The position numbers and the translations under genes were made by a program. This document shows positions 55,675 to 63,692 of a stretch of DNA of 64,000 nt, piece after piece. Source of the stretch: Candidatus Staskawiczbacteria bacterium (GTDB taxonomy: Bacteria; Patescibacteriota; Minisyncoccia; Minisyncoccales; Staskawiczbacteraceae). Each line of letters starts with the position of its first letter. The first letter of the stretch is position 1. The stretch spans positions 83,877-147,876 of the forward strand of contig JBAZUH010000001.1 in assembly GCA_041661545.1 (NCBI GenBank), written 5' to 3'. The notes beneath the pieces are model-generated. The model was not told where the DNA came from. It saw nothing but the letters and a program-made list of their open reading frames with translations, and made no database searches.

Positions 55675-55959
55675 ATGGCAGTACCAAGACATAGTCATAC
55701 AAGAGGAAAAGTGGGCAGAAGTCGAATGCACAAATATATAAAAAATGTGCAATTAAATGTTTGTCCAAAATGTAAAAAACCGATTTTATCTCATACGGCT
55801 TGTTTGAATTGCGGATATTACAAAGGTTCAGAAGTTATTAATGTTTTAGGAAAACTTACCAAAAAAGATAAAAAGACTAGAGAAAAAGAAATTAAAGCCG
55901 TAGAAAAAGAAACAAAGCAAGAAGAATCTTTGACAATGGAGGGTCTTTCAAAAAAGTAA
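55675..55959 (+). CDS. rpmF: Ribosomal protein L32 with Lys/Glu-rich C-terminal tail
   Basis: MAVPRHSHTRGKVGRSRMH...CPKC...CLNCGYYKG. Confidence 0.9.
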   Translation: MAVPRHSHTRGKVGRSRMHKYIKNVQLNVCPKCKKPILSHTACLNCGYYKGSEVINVLGKLTKKDKKTREKEIKAVEKETKQEESLTMEGLSKK

Positions 55960-55975
55960 ACATAAATTAAAATTT

Positions 55976-56039
55976 CACCCGGTTAAATAAATTTTTTTAA
56001 AATTTAATTTTGTAAAAACAAAATTATTTAACTGGGTAA
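55976..56039. repeat. Palindromic intergenic element (same family as 2296-2362)
   Basis: Arms cacccggttaaataa / ttatttaactgggtaa around an AT-rich loop. Confidence 0.6.
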
Positions 56040-56044
56040 AAATT

Positions 56045-56467
56045 ATGGCCAGCCGGCATTTATCACGTTCAATCGTTTTGCAGTCACTTTACGAGTGGGA
56101 TTTTTATGACAAAAAACTAGTTTTAAAAGATATTGTAGAAAGAAACATTAAAGATTTTGGTCCTGGCTTAGAAGAATTAAATTTTATTTGGAGTTTAATA
56201 GACGGAATTGAAAAACATATATTAGAGCTTGATAAAATCATAGAAAAAGCAGCCCCAGAATGGCCAATTGCTCAAATAGCAATGATTGATAGAAATGTTT
56301 TAAGAATTGGATTATTAGAACTTTTATATTCTGATAAAGAAGAAGTTCCACCAAAAGTTGCTATAAATGAAGCCATAGAATTGGCCAAAACATTTTCTGG
56401 TCAAACATCAGGAAAATTTGTAAATGGAGTATTAGGAACAGTGTATAAGCAAATAGAGGAGAAGTAA
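56045..56467 (+). CDS. nusB: Transcription antitermination factor NusB
   Basis: [14 protein letters not shown]..., [15 protein letters not shown]. Confidence 0.85.
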   Translation: MASRHLSRSIVLQSLYEWDFYDKKLVLKDIVERNIKDFGPGLEELNFIWSLIDGIEKHILELDKIIEKAAPEWPIAQIAMIDRNVLRIGLLELLYSDKEEVPPKVAINEAIELAKTFSGQTSGKFVNGVLGTVYKQIEEK

Positions 56468-56561
56468 TTAGTAACAAGTAACGAGTAATCAGTAAAAAAC
56501 GGGAAAAATAAATTATTAATTATCCGTTACCGGTTACCCGTTACCGGTTACCCGTTCAATA

Positions 56562-57254
56562 ATGGATTTTGAAATTTTAGAAAAAAAATTAGGAGTAAAA
56601 TTTAATGATAAGAATCTTTTAAAGCATGCTTTTACGCATAGGTCTTATTTAAATGAAAATCCTGATTTAAAATTAGAGCATAATGAAAGGTTAGAATTTT
56701 TAGGAGATGCTGTTATGGAATTAATTGTAACAGAGCATCTTTATAAAGAATTTCCAGAAAAAGCAGAAGGAGATTTAACTAATTGGAGAGCAGCCTTGGT
56801 TAATGCAAAAATGTTAACTAGTGTTGCAAAAGAATTAGAATTTAATGACTTTCTTTTGCTTTCTAAGGGTGAATCTAAAGAAATGGGCAAAGCCAGAGAT
56901 TATATATTAGCCAACACCTTTGAAGCATTTTTAGGAGCATATTATTTAGATTCTGGATTTAAACCGTGTGATGAATTTATAAGAAAGAATTTATTAAAAA
57001 ATTTAGCAGAAATTATAAGAGATGGTTCTTATAAAGATGCTAAATCAAAGTTTCAGGAAGAAGCTCAAGAAAGAGTTTCTATAACACCAAATTATAAAGT
57101 TATAAAAGAGTCTGGCCCCGATCACGAAAAAAGTTTTGTAGTGGGAGTATATTTAGAAGAAGAATTGGTTGCCGAAGGCATGGGGTCTTCAAAGCGTGAA
57201 GCAGAATCTGCGGCAGCAGAGTTGGCCCTAGAAGTAAAAAAATGGGGAAAATAA
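56562..57254 (+). CDS. rnc: Ribonuclease III
   Basis: NERLEFLGDAV signature and a dsRBD C-terminus. Confidence 0.95.
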   Translation: MDFEILEKKLGVKFNDKNLLKHAFTHRSYLNENPDLKLEHNERLEFLGDAVMELIVTEHLYKEFPEKAEGDLTNWRAALVNAKMLTSVAKELEFNDFLLLSKGESKEMGKARDYILANTFEAFLGAYYLDSGFKPCDEFIRKNLLKNLAEIIRDGSYKDAKSKFQEEAQERVSITPNYKVIKESGPDHEKSFVVGVYLEEELVAEGMGSSKREAESAAAELALEVKKWGK

Positions 57255-57289
57255 TATTACCTCGCTTAAATAAATAATAAAATAAAAAT

Positions 57290-57772
57290 ATGCTTACAAT
57301 TAGATTAACAAGAAAAGGAAAAAAGAATCAGCCATTTTTTAGAGTGGTTGTAATAGATAAAAGAAGTTCAACAAGAGGTGGAAGATCTGTTGAAGATTTA
57401 GGTTATGTTGACCCTTTAAAAAAGAGAAGAAGTTTTAATGCAGAAAGAATTAAATATTGGTTATCTAAAGGAGCACAAGCATCGGCTACCATGCATAATC
57501 TTTTAGTTTCTGAAAAAATTATTGAAGGAGAAAAAATTCATGTTTCTAATTTAAGTAAAAAAGCAAAAGAAAAAATTAAAGTAGCAGCCGAAGCAAAAGT
57601 TGCAGAAGCAGAAGCTACAAAGGCTAAAGCACAAAAAGAAGCCGAAGATAAGATAGCAGCCGAAAAAGCTGAAGCCGAGAAGTCAGCAGAACCAGTAGCA
57701 GAAACACCAGTTGAGGAAGCAAAGCCCGAAGAAGTAGCATCAGAAACTGCACCAGAAACACCAGCGGAATAA
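57290..57772 (+). CDS. rpsP: Ribosomal protein S16 with Ala/Glu/Lys-rich C-terminal tail
   Basis: MLTIRLTRKGKKNQPFFRVVV. Confidence 0.9.
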   Translation: MLTIRLTRKGKKNQPFFRVVVIDKRSSTRGGRSVEDLGYVDPLKKRRSFNAERIKYWLSKGAQASATMHNLLVSEKIIEGEKIHVSNLSKKAKEKIKVAAEAKVAEAEATKAKAQKEAEDKIAAEKAEAEKSAEPVAETPVEEAKPEEVASETAPETPAE

Positions 57773-57839
57773 TAATTTTTAAAACAAAAATTCGCTGAAG
57801 GGCGGATTTTTAGGTATATGGGTAAGTAGAAGCTGTCTA

Positions 57840-57868
57840 TTGACAAGGCAGTTAAGATATGCTATAAT
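57840..57868 (+). promoter_or_regulatory. Consensus promoter of a small RNA gene
   Basis: TTGACA 57840-57845, 17-nt spacer, TGcTATAAT 57860-57868. Confidence 0.7.
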
Positions 57869-57874
57869 TAAGTA

Positions 57875-58035
57875 TATTGAGATAAGCTATAAATTAAGGG
57901 CGTTTAGGTGATTTCTCTTTATTGAGCGACCTCCCGGCTCCGGCTAGGAGACTCGAGATATAAAGTTCGGCAAATGGAAAATTTTTATAATTTTTCGCAA
58001 GTCTCGGACAAGAGAGATCTCCCAAGCGCCCTTTT
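57875..58035 (+). ncRNA. Candidate ~160-nt sRNA (6S-like rod with A/U-rich centre)
   Basis: 22-bp closing helix 57898-57919/58010-58031 (with G-U pairs) followed by UUUU. Internal hairpin 57926-57953. No ORF. Confidence 0.5.
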
Positions 58036-58202
58036 AAATTTTGACCCTTTACTTTGCGGACATGTTAAGATATTGATGAAATTGAATTTTCTCACTGACA
58101 TACGATTACTCCGCAAAGCGAAGGGTTGACATATTGTAAAAAAAGAATAGAATTAAGCTAATTAAAGGTCGCAGAATGATAATAAGTTTAAATGATAAAG
58201 CA

Positions 58203-58523
58203 ATGGCAAAAGAATTAGATTTAGAATTTCTTGAGTACATTGTCAAAGCATTAGTTGATAATCCTAAAGATGTCAAAGTTGACCGAAAGGTTGATGAAAT
58301 GGGAGTATTACTTTCATTGAAAGTAAATCCAGCAGACATGGGTCAAATAATTGGCCGAGAAGGATCAACAGCCAAGGCAATCAGAAACTTAGTCCGAATT
58401 GTAGGACTAAAGAATCACGCCAGAGTGAACCTCAAAATTGAGGAACCAGAAGGCGGACGTGCTCCAAAACCAGAACAAAAACAAGAAGTATTAACAGACG
58501 ACATCGATAATATTTCTTTGTAA
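58203..58523 (+). CDS. KH-domain RNA-binding protein (YlqC/UPF0109)
   Basis: LVDNPKDVKV...GQIIGREGSTAKAIRNLV. Conserved position after rpsP. Confidence 0.85.
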   Translation: MAKELDLEFLEYIVKALVDNPKDVKVDRKVDEMGVLLSLKVNPADMGQIIGREGSTAKAIRNLVRIVGLKNHARVNLKIEEPEGGRAPKPEQKQEVLTDDIDNISL

Positions 58524-58575
58524 TTCAATTTACAAAAGTCAAAAACTGTGTTATTCTTAACACAGTTTTTGTTTA

Positions 58576-58741
58576 GATCTTTGCTCGGGCATCTTTATCG
58601 CTCGGCAGTCAATTTTCTGCTAACGCCATTGATACGCTTCGCGTCTAAATGGCTTGGTCAGGCACTTCGTGTCCTGAAATACGCTGAAAATTAACTGCCT
58701 CGCTTAGTTTATTGCCTCGCTATAAATTTTTTATCTCGCTT
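58576..58741 (+). repeat. CTCGCT-box structured repeat, copy R4
   Basis: Near-identical to R2, followed by boxes tttattgcctcgct and ttttttatctcgct. Confidence 0.8.
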
Positions 58742-58751
58742 AAAATCTAAT

Positions 58752-59435
58752 ATGATAAAGTTCGATGTAATTACAATTTTTCCAGAAATGTTTGGCTCTT
58801 ATTTAAAAGAGAGTTTGATTTCGCGTGCACAGAAAAAAAAGTTTATAAAAGTTAATTTACATAATTTAAGAAAATGGACAACCGACAATCATAAAACAGT
58901 TGATGGTAGGCCCTTTGGCGGGGGATTGGGAATGGTATTAAAAGTAGAGCCAATATATAAGTCTGTAAAGTTTATAAAGTCAAAAGCTAAAAGTCAAAAA
59001 ACTAAAATTATACTTTTTACGCCAAGGGGAGAAAAGTTTAATCAAAAATTAGCTTATAAGTTATCAAAATTAGATCAAATAATTTTTATTTGTGGAAGAT
59101 ACGAGGGCGTAGATGAAAGAGTGGCAGAAAAAATTGCTGATATGCAAATTTCTATTGGTGACTATGATTTAATGGGTGGTGAATTGCCCGCAATGGTAGC
59201 AATAGAAACTATTTCAAGATTAGTTTCTGGAGTAATTGGCAAAGAACAGTTGCTCAAAGAAAGGGTATCAAAAACAGGTGGATTTTTAGAATATGCTCAA
59301 TATACGCGCCCAGAAGTTTATAAAGTTCGTAAAGTTAATAAAGTTGAAAGTTGGCGAGTGCCGGAGGTTTTATTGTCGGGAGATCATAAAAAAATAGACG
59401 AATGGAAAAAATTACACGGCAAGGTTATTGAATAA
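58752..59435 (+). CDS. trmD: tRNA (m1G37) methyltransferase
   Basis: FDVITIFPEMF, GRYEGVDERV, SIGDYDLMGGELPA. Confidence 0.95.
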   Translation: MIKFDVITIFPEMFGSYLKESLISRAQKKKFIKVNLHNLRKWTTDNHKTVDGRPFGGGLGMVLKVEPIYKSVKFIKSKAKSQKTKIILFTPRGEKFNQKLAYKLSKLDQIIFICGRYEGVDERVAEKIADMQISIGDYDLMGGELPAMVAIETISRLVSGVIGKEQLLKERVSKTGGFLEYAQYTRPEVYKVRKVNKVESWRVPEVLLSGDHKKIDEWKKLHGKVIE

Positions 59436-59472
59436 CAATAATTTTTGTGGTATAAATTATGATATGAGATAG

Positions 59473-59555
59473 GGGCGTGTGGCTGAGCAGCAAAGGCAAC
59501 AGACTGTAAATCTGTCGGGTTCTACCCTTCGCAGGTGCAAGTCCTGCCGCGCCCA
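59473..59555 (+). tRNA. tRNA-Tyr (anticodon GUA), long variable arm
   Basis: Manual cloverleaf with anticodon loop CUGUAAA and a type II variable arm. Confidence 0.85.
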
Positions 59556-59593
59556 CCCTTCGACTTGCTTCGCTCGCTCAGGGCGGGCAGTAA

Positions 59594-59666
59594 GCCGATG
59601 TAGCTCAGGTAGCAGAGCACATTCTTGGTAAGAATGAGGTCCGCAGTGCAAATCTGCGCATCGGCT
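59594..59666 (+). tRNA. tRNA-Thr (anticodon GGU)
   Basis: Manual cloverleaf with acceptor GCCGAUG/CAUCGGC and anticodon loop UUGGUAA. Confidence 0.85.
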
Positions 59667-59784
59667 CAGATTATTAAATTAATTTACAATTTTCAATTTC
59701 TAATTTTCATTAAATGTTTAAGGATTAATTTTCAATATAGATTTAATAGAAATTAAAAATTAGAACTTATAAATTTTCAAAATT

Positions 59785-59946
59785 ATGGCAGTTAAAAAAC
59801 CATTTTTAAAAATTCAATGTACTGTTTGTAAAACAACTAATTATTTTACAAAAAAAACAAAAGCAATGGCCGAGAAAAAACTCGAGCTTAAAAAGTTTTG
59901 TTCAAAATGCAGAAAATCTACACCGCACAAAGAATCTAAGAAATAA
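59785..59946 (+). CDS. rpmG: Ribosomal protein L33 (53 aa, below the ORF-track cutoff)
   Basis: Manual translation MAVKKPFLKIQCTVCKTTNYFTKKTKAMAEKKLELKKFCSKCRKSTPHKESKK with two CxxC pairs. Confidence 0.85.
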   Translation: MAVKKPFLKIQCTVCKTTNYFTKKTKAMAEKKLELKKFCSKCRKSTPHKESKK

Positions 59947-60073
59947 AATCTAAAAACCCCGCATTGCGGGGTTTTTAGATTGAAAAAAAATGTTTTTGAT
60001 GTTATATTTATAAAAAGTGATTTTATTGAAAATTGAAAATTAGAAATTGAAAATTCCGCCGTTTGGCGGTTAC

Positions 60074-60144
60074 AGGGGCGTGGTGAAATGGTATCATATC
60101 GGTCTCCAAAACCGTTGGTCTGGGTTCGATTCCCAGCGCCCCTG
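60074..60144 (+). tRNA. tRNA-Trp (anticodon CCA)
   Basis: Manual cloverleaf with acceptor AGGGGCG/CGCCCCU and anticodon loop CUCCAAA. Confidence 0.85.
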
Positions 60145-60166
60145 CAAGGTAGTATAATAAAAATGT

Positions 60167-60496
60167 ATGGGAAAGAAGGCACCAAAAAGTTTAGATTTTT
60201 CAAAGGTGTCAGTAAATGACTTAATTCTTTTTTGTATACATTCTGTGGTATCTAACTCAGAGCAATGTAGCTTTGAAAGGTTAATTAAAGAAGCTTTTGC
60301 TTTATTCCCTGACATGTTAAAATTTACTAGATATCCTATTTGGCCTGATTCGCGTAAACTAGACAGGCCATTAAGAGCTCTTCGTAACGAAAAAATGATT
60401 ATAGGAGACCCTAAAACATATTTTATTTTAACGGAATTGGGTGAACAAAAAGCAGCAGAAGTTGCTAAGAGTTTACGCCAAGGAAAATTACTTTAA
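60167..60496 (+). CDS. 109-aa hypothetical protein
   Basis: Host-like composition, no motif recognised. Confidence 0.5.
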   Translation: MGKKAPKSLDFSKVSVNDLILFCIHSVVSNSEQCSFERLIKEAFALFPDMLKFTRYPIWPDSRKLDRPLRALRNEKMIIGDPKTYFILTELGEQKAAEVAKSLRQGKLL

Positions 60497-60500
60497 TACA

Positions 60501-61532
60501 ATGAAAAAAAGAGATTTATCTAAAATATCTATAAAATTTTTTGAGAAAATTTCATCAACAGTTATAACTATTTTAGTGTTAATAGTTATTTTTATAATTC
60601 TTCAAATATATCTTCCTATAAATCCAACTTCGCACGAAAATATTGTTTTTACTGTAGAAAAAGGGTGGTCAGATGATCAAATTGCTAGTAAATTAGAAGA
60701 GTTAAAAATAATTAGAAGTAGTTTGTTTTTTCAATTTTATGCAATAGTGTCTTTAAAACATTCTAGTTTGCAAGCAGGAGAGTATAATATATCTCCTAAA
60801 ATGTCTACATACACAATTGTTAATAAAATGGCCAAAGGAGATGTTATAAAAGATAAAGTAGTAATTTTAGAGGGCTGGAACATAAAAGATATAGCAGAAT
60901 ATTTAGAATTAAAAGAAATTTGCAAAAAAGAATATTTTACTTCTCTAACTAAAATAGATTATTCTGCTCAATTCAATTTTTTGAAAGACGCTCCTAAAAA
61001 AGCAGGTATTGAGGGTTATATTTTTCCAGATACTTATCAAATTGCAAAAGGAGAAAGTTGTGAAGATATAATAGACATTACTTTAAAAAACTTTGATAAA
61101 AAATTAACTCCAGAATTAAGGGTAGAAATTATAAAACAAAAGAAAACTATTTTTGATATTATTATAATGGCTTCTATGATAGAAAAAGAAGTAAGAACAA
61201 CAGAAGACAAAAAAATTGTTTCTGGAATTTTGTGGAAAAGATTATCAGTTGGCATGCCTTTGCAGTTAGATGCAACGGTAAATTATATTACAGGTAAAAA
61301 TGATCCGGGGGCAAAAATAAAAGATACTAAAATAGATTCGCCATACAATACTTATAAATATGCTGGTTTGCCTAAGGGGCCAATTTCTAGTCCTGGTATT
61401 AACTCAATAATGGCCGCTATTTATCCTAAAAAAACAAGTTATTGGTATTATATGACAGATGGGGTTACAATTTTTAGCGAAACCTTTGCTCAGCATAAAG
61501 CAGCAATTGCTAACTATAAAGCTAGTAAGTAG
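60501..61532 (+). CDS. mltG: Endolytic murein transglycosylase MltG/YceG
   Basis: N-terminal TM, SPYNTYKYAGLPKGPISSPG motif. ATG at 60501 avoids overlap with the upstream ORF. Confidence 0.85.
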   Translation: MKKRDLSKISIKFFEKISSTVITILVLIVIFIILQIYLPINPTSHENIVFTVEKGWSDDQIASKLEELKIIRSSLFFQFYAIVSLKHSSLQAGEYNISPKMSTYTIVNKMAKGDVIKDKVVILEGWNIKDIAEYLELKEICKKEYFTSLTKIDYSAQFNFLKDAPKKAGIEGYIFPDTYQIAKGESCEDIIDITLKNFDKKLTPELRVEIIKQKKTIFDIIIMASMIEKEVRTTEDKKIVSGILWKRLSVGMPLQLDATVNYITGKNDPGAKIKDTKIDSPYNTYKYAGLPKGPISSPGINSIMAAIYPKKTSYWYYMTDGVTIFSETFAQHKAAIANYKASK

Positions 61533-61588
61533 TATTGAAAGAAAGGTGAAGGGTTGACATATAGCAAATTATAGATTAATATATATCT

Positions 61589-61760
61589 ACAATATAAATT
61601 TACTCCGTTTTACGGGGAGCCACAGACAGTAGGGATTCTTCATCATGAAGAAAGTAAAAATCCTACCGAGGCAACATAAATATCTTTAAGATATTTTTTG
61701 TTGAGGTCGTCCTAATTCTGTGGTAAAACACGGATTTTATTTTATAAAAATATAAAATTT
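61589..61760 (+). promoter_or_regulatory. Candidate ribosomal L10 (rplJ) autoregulatory leader
   Basis: Promoter TTGACA 61554-61559-N17-TAATAT. Closing helix ccacaga (61620-61626)/tctgtgg (61717-61723) enclosing hairpins, directly upstream of rplJ. Confidence 0.5.
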
Positions 61761-62255
61761 ATGGCACTAACAAAAGTACAAAAAACAAAACAAATAGAAA
61801 GTATTAAAGAAAGGGTTGCAGAGCAAAAATCAGTAATTTTTGTTGATTTTGCAAAAGTGGGTTCAAAGGAAATGTTTAGCTTAAGAAAGAACTTAAAAGA
61901 AGCTGGATGTAGATTAAAAATTGCTAAAAAAACATTAATAAGAATTGCTTTTGGTCAATCTGGTATTGCTTTTTGGAATAAAATTAAACCAGCTGTTCCA
62001 GGACAGTTAGCATTAATTTTTGGAATAGAAGATGAAATTGCACCAGCAAGAATTGCAAATCAATTCAAAAAAACCAACGAAAATTTTAAAATTTTAGGAG
62101 GAATTTTTGAAAAAAGATTTATTGATCAAACTAAAGTAATGGAATTAGCTACTTTGCCTTCAAGAAATGAATTATTGGGCAGATTAGTGGGTTCTATTGC
62201 TAGCCCAATGTCTAGCTTTGTAAGAGTACTAGACAAAATAAGTAAAAAAAATTAG
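61761..62255 (+). CDS. rplJ: Ribosomal protein L10
   Basis: Position and sequence pattern upstream of rplL. Confidence 0.9.
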   Translation: MALTKVQKTKQIESIKERVAEQKSVIFVDFAKVGSKEMFSLRKNLKEAGCRLKIAKKTLIRIAFGQSGIAFWNKIKPAVPGQLALIFGIEDEIAPARIANQFKKTNENFKILGGIFEKRFIDQTKVMELATLPSRNELLGRLVGSIASPMSSFVRVLDKISKKN

Positions 62256-62342
62256 AATAATTTTTTTAGAATCTCGTATTTGGAAGCTAGAAGTTAGAAT
62301 AGAATTCAAGCTACAAGATACTAAATTCTAAATTCAAATATA

Positions 62343-62744
62343 ATGTCAGACGAACAAAAAGTAGAAGTACCAGCTAAATTTGAAAAGTTGGTATCAGAAG
62401 TAGAAAAATTGTCAGTTGTAGAATTGGCAGAATTAGTAAAAGTTTTAGAAGCTAAGTTTGGAGTTTCAGCAGCAGCTCCAGTTGCAGCCGCAGCTGCAGC
62501 AGAAGGACCAGTTGAAGAAAAAACATCTTTTGATGTTGAATTAAAAGAAGTTGGAGCTCAAAAAATTGAAGTTATCAAAGTTGTTAGAGATGTTACAGCT
62601 AAAGGATTAAAAGAATCTAAAGATTTGGTTGATGCAGCAGCAGCTGGTACAGCTCAAATGGTAAAAGAGGGAGTTAAGAAAGAAGAAGCAGTTGAAATTG
62701 AAAAGAAATTTACAGCCGCTGGAGCAAAAGTTGTAATAAAATAA
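62343..62744 (+). CDS. rplL: Ribosomal protein L7/L12
   Basis: Ala-rich hinge [12 protein letters not shown] and C-terminal domain [20 protein letters not shown]. Confidence 0.95.
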   Translation: MSDEQKVEVPAKFEKLVSEVEKLSVVELAELVKVLEAKFGVSAAAPVAAAAAAEGPVEEKTSFDVELKEVGAQKIEVIKVVRDVTAKGLKESKDLVDAAAAGTAQMVKEGVKKEEAVEIEKKFTAAGAKVVIK

Positions 62745-62800
62745 CATATAGTTATTAGAAAAACAGGGGATTAGCCCCTGTTTTTGTTTAGTTAAAAGGC

Positions 62801-62829
62801 TTGACATAGCATTATAACTATGCTATGAT
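62801..62829 (+). promoter_or_regulatory. Near-consensus promoter of GC-rich cassette F
   Basis: TTGACA 62801-62806, 17-nt spacer, TGcTATGAT 62821-62829. Confidence 0.7.
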
Positions 62830-62925
62830 ATATTTATGGACCTTGAGATACAAATCGTTTTTGGCGCAGGTAACTGCAGGCGATTTTATTGATTGGTCAG
62901 AAATCACACACACCACCAAGTTACC

Positions 62926-63480
62926 ATGAATAACGTATCAAGATGGATATTGATCAGTTTGTCGGCCGGTTTAGTTGCCGTTATAGGCAGCGGCTGGATT
63001 CACAAAAACCTCCAAGATACGGAAGTGAGGGCCTATACTCAGGCCTCGCTCCGAGAGACCGCCAACATCCTCGTGAAGAAAGCCAAGCCGTACATGATGG
63101 ACGTGGATTACTACGTGTACTCCATTAGGCTCCGCGAGCTGGAGAACCGCCCGATATTTGATCGGGTGGATGCTGAAATTCTCCGTGTCGGTGACAGCTA
63201 TGAGGATGTCGCCGCCGACGTCGTGGCGCAACTGCGACACGCCGGGTTCAGCGACACTGAGATTGAGGAGCTCTGGAGTGCCCAGTGGAAGGTTCGGCTC
63301 ATGTCCACCTGCTGGCAGGTGGATGAGTTCAAGGGGATCGTTTTGGACGGTGACAAGCCGGCCAAGAGGTGCACCCTGGAGGAGCTTTGTCGGCTTCAGT
63401 CGGCTGAATTTCTCCCTGCTAAAGCAGAACTCGACCGACTCCTCGCGGAGGCGAAGATGCCCGTCGTGCTGGTTGAATAA
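62926..63480 (+). CDS. Orphan 184-aa membrane-anchored protein, GC-rich cassette F
   Basis: ATG at 62926, N-terminal TM WILISLSAGLVAVIGSGWI, strongly GC-rich third codon positions, no motif recognised. Confidence 0.6.
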   Translation: MNNVSRWILISLSAGLVAVIGSGWIHKNLQDTEVRAYTQASLRETANILVKKAKPYMMDVDYYVYSIRLRELENRPIFDRVDAEILRVGDSYEDVAADVVAQLRHAGFSDTEIEELWSAQWKVRLMSTCWQVDEFKGIVLDGDKPAKRCTLEELCRLQSAEFLPAKAELDRLLAEAKMPVVLVE

Positions 63481-63520
63481 GCCGGTTCATGCGCTGGGGA
63501 GAAGTCCTCCTCAGCGCCCG

Positions 63521-63556
63521 CCCCTTAGTAAAACTCTTTACTATTGGGGCTTTTTT
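63521..63556 (+). terminator. Cassette F terminator
   Basis: cccc...gggg extended hairpin plus T-run, preceded by a second hairpin at 63491-63517. Confidence 0.65.
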
Positions 63557-63607
63557 GTTGCTTATTTTTGCGGAAAAATATAAAATGAATAAATAAATAG
63601 GGCAGTT

Positions 63608-63681
63608 GGACGATTAGCTCAGCTGGTTAGAGCGTTGCATTCACATTGCAAAGGTCGCAGGTTCGAGTCCTGCATCGTCCA
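63608..63681 (+). tRNA. tRNA-Val (anticodon CAC)
   Basis: Manual cloverleaf with acceptor GGACGAU/AUCGUCC and anticodon loop UUCACAU. Confidence 0.85.
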
Positions 63682-63692
63682 CTCGAATAATT

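Noticed and set aside
59457-59651. 64-aa minus-strand ORF
   Set aside because: It lies entirely antisense to tRNA-Tyr and tRNA-Thr and is a GC-driven artefact.
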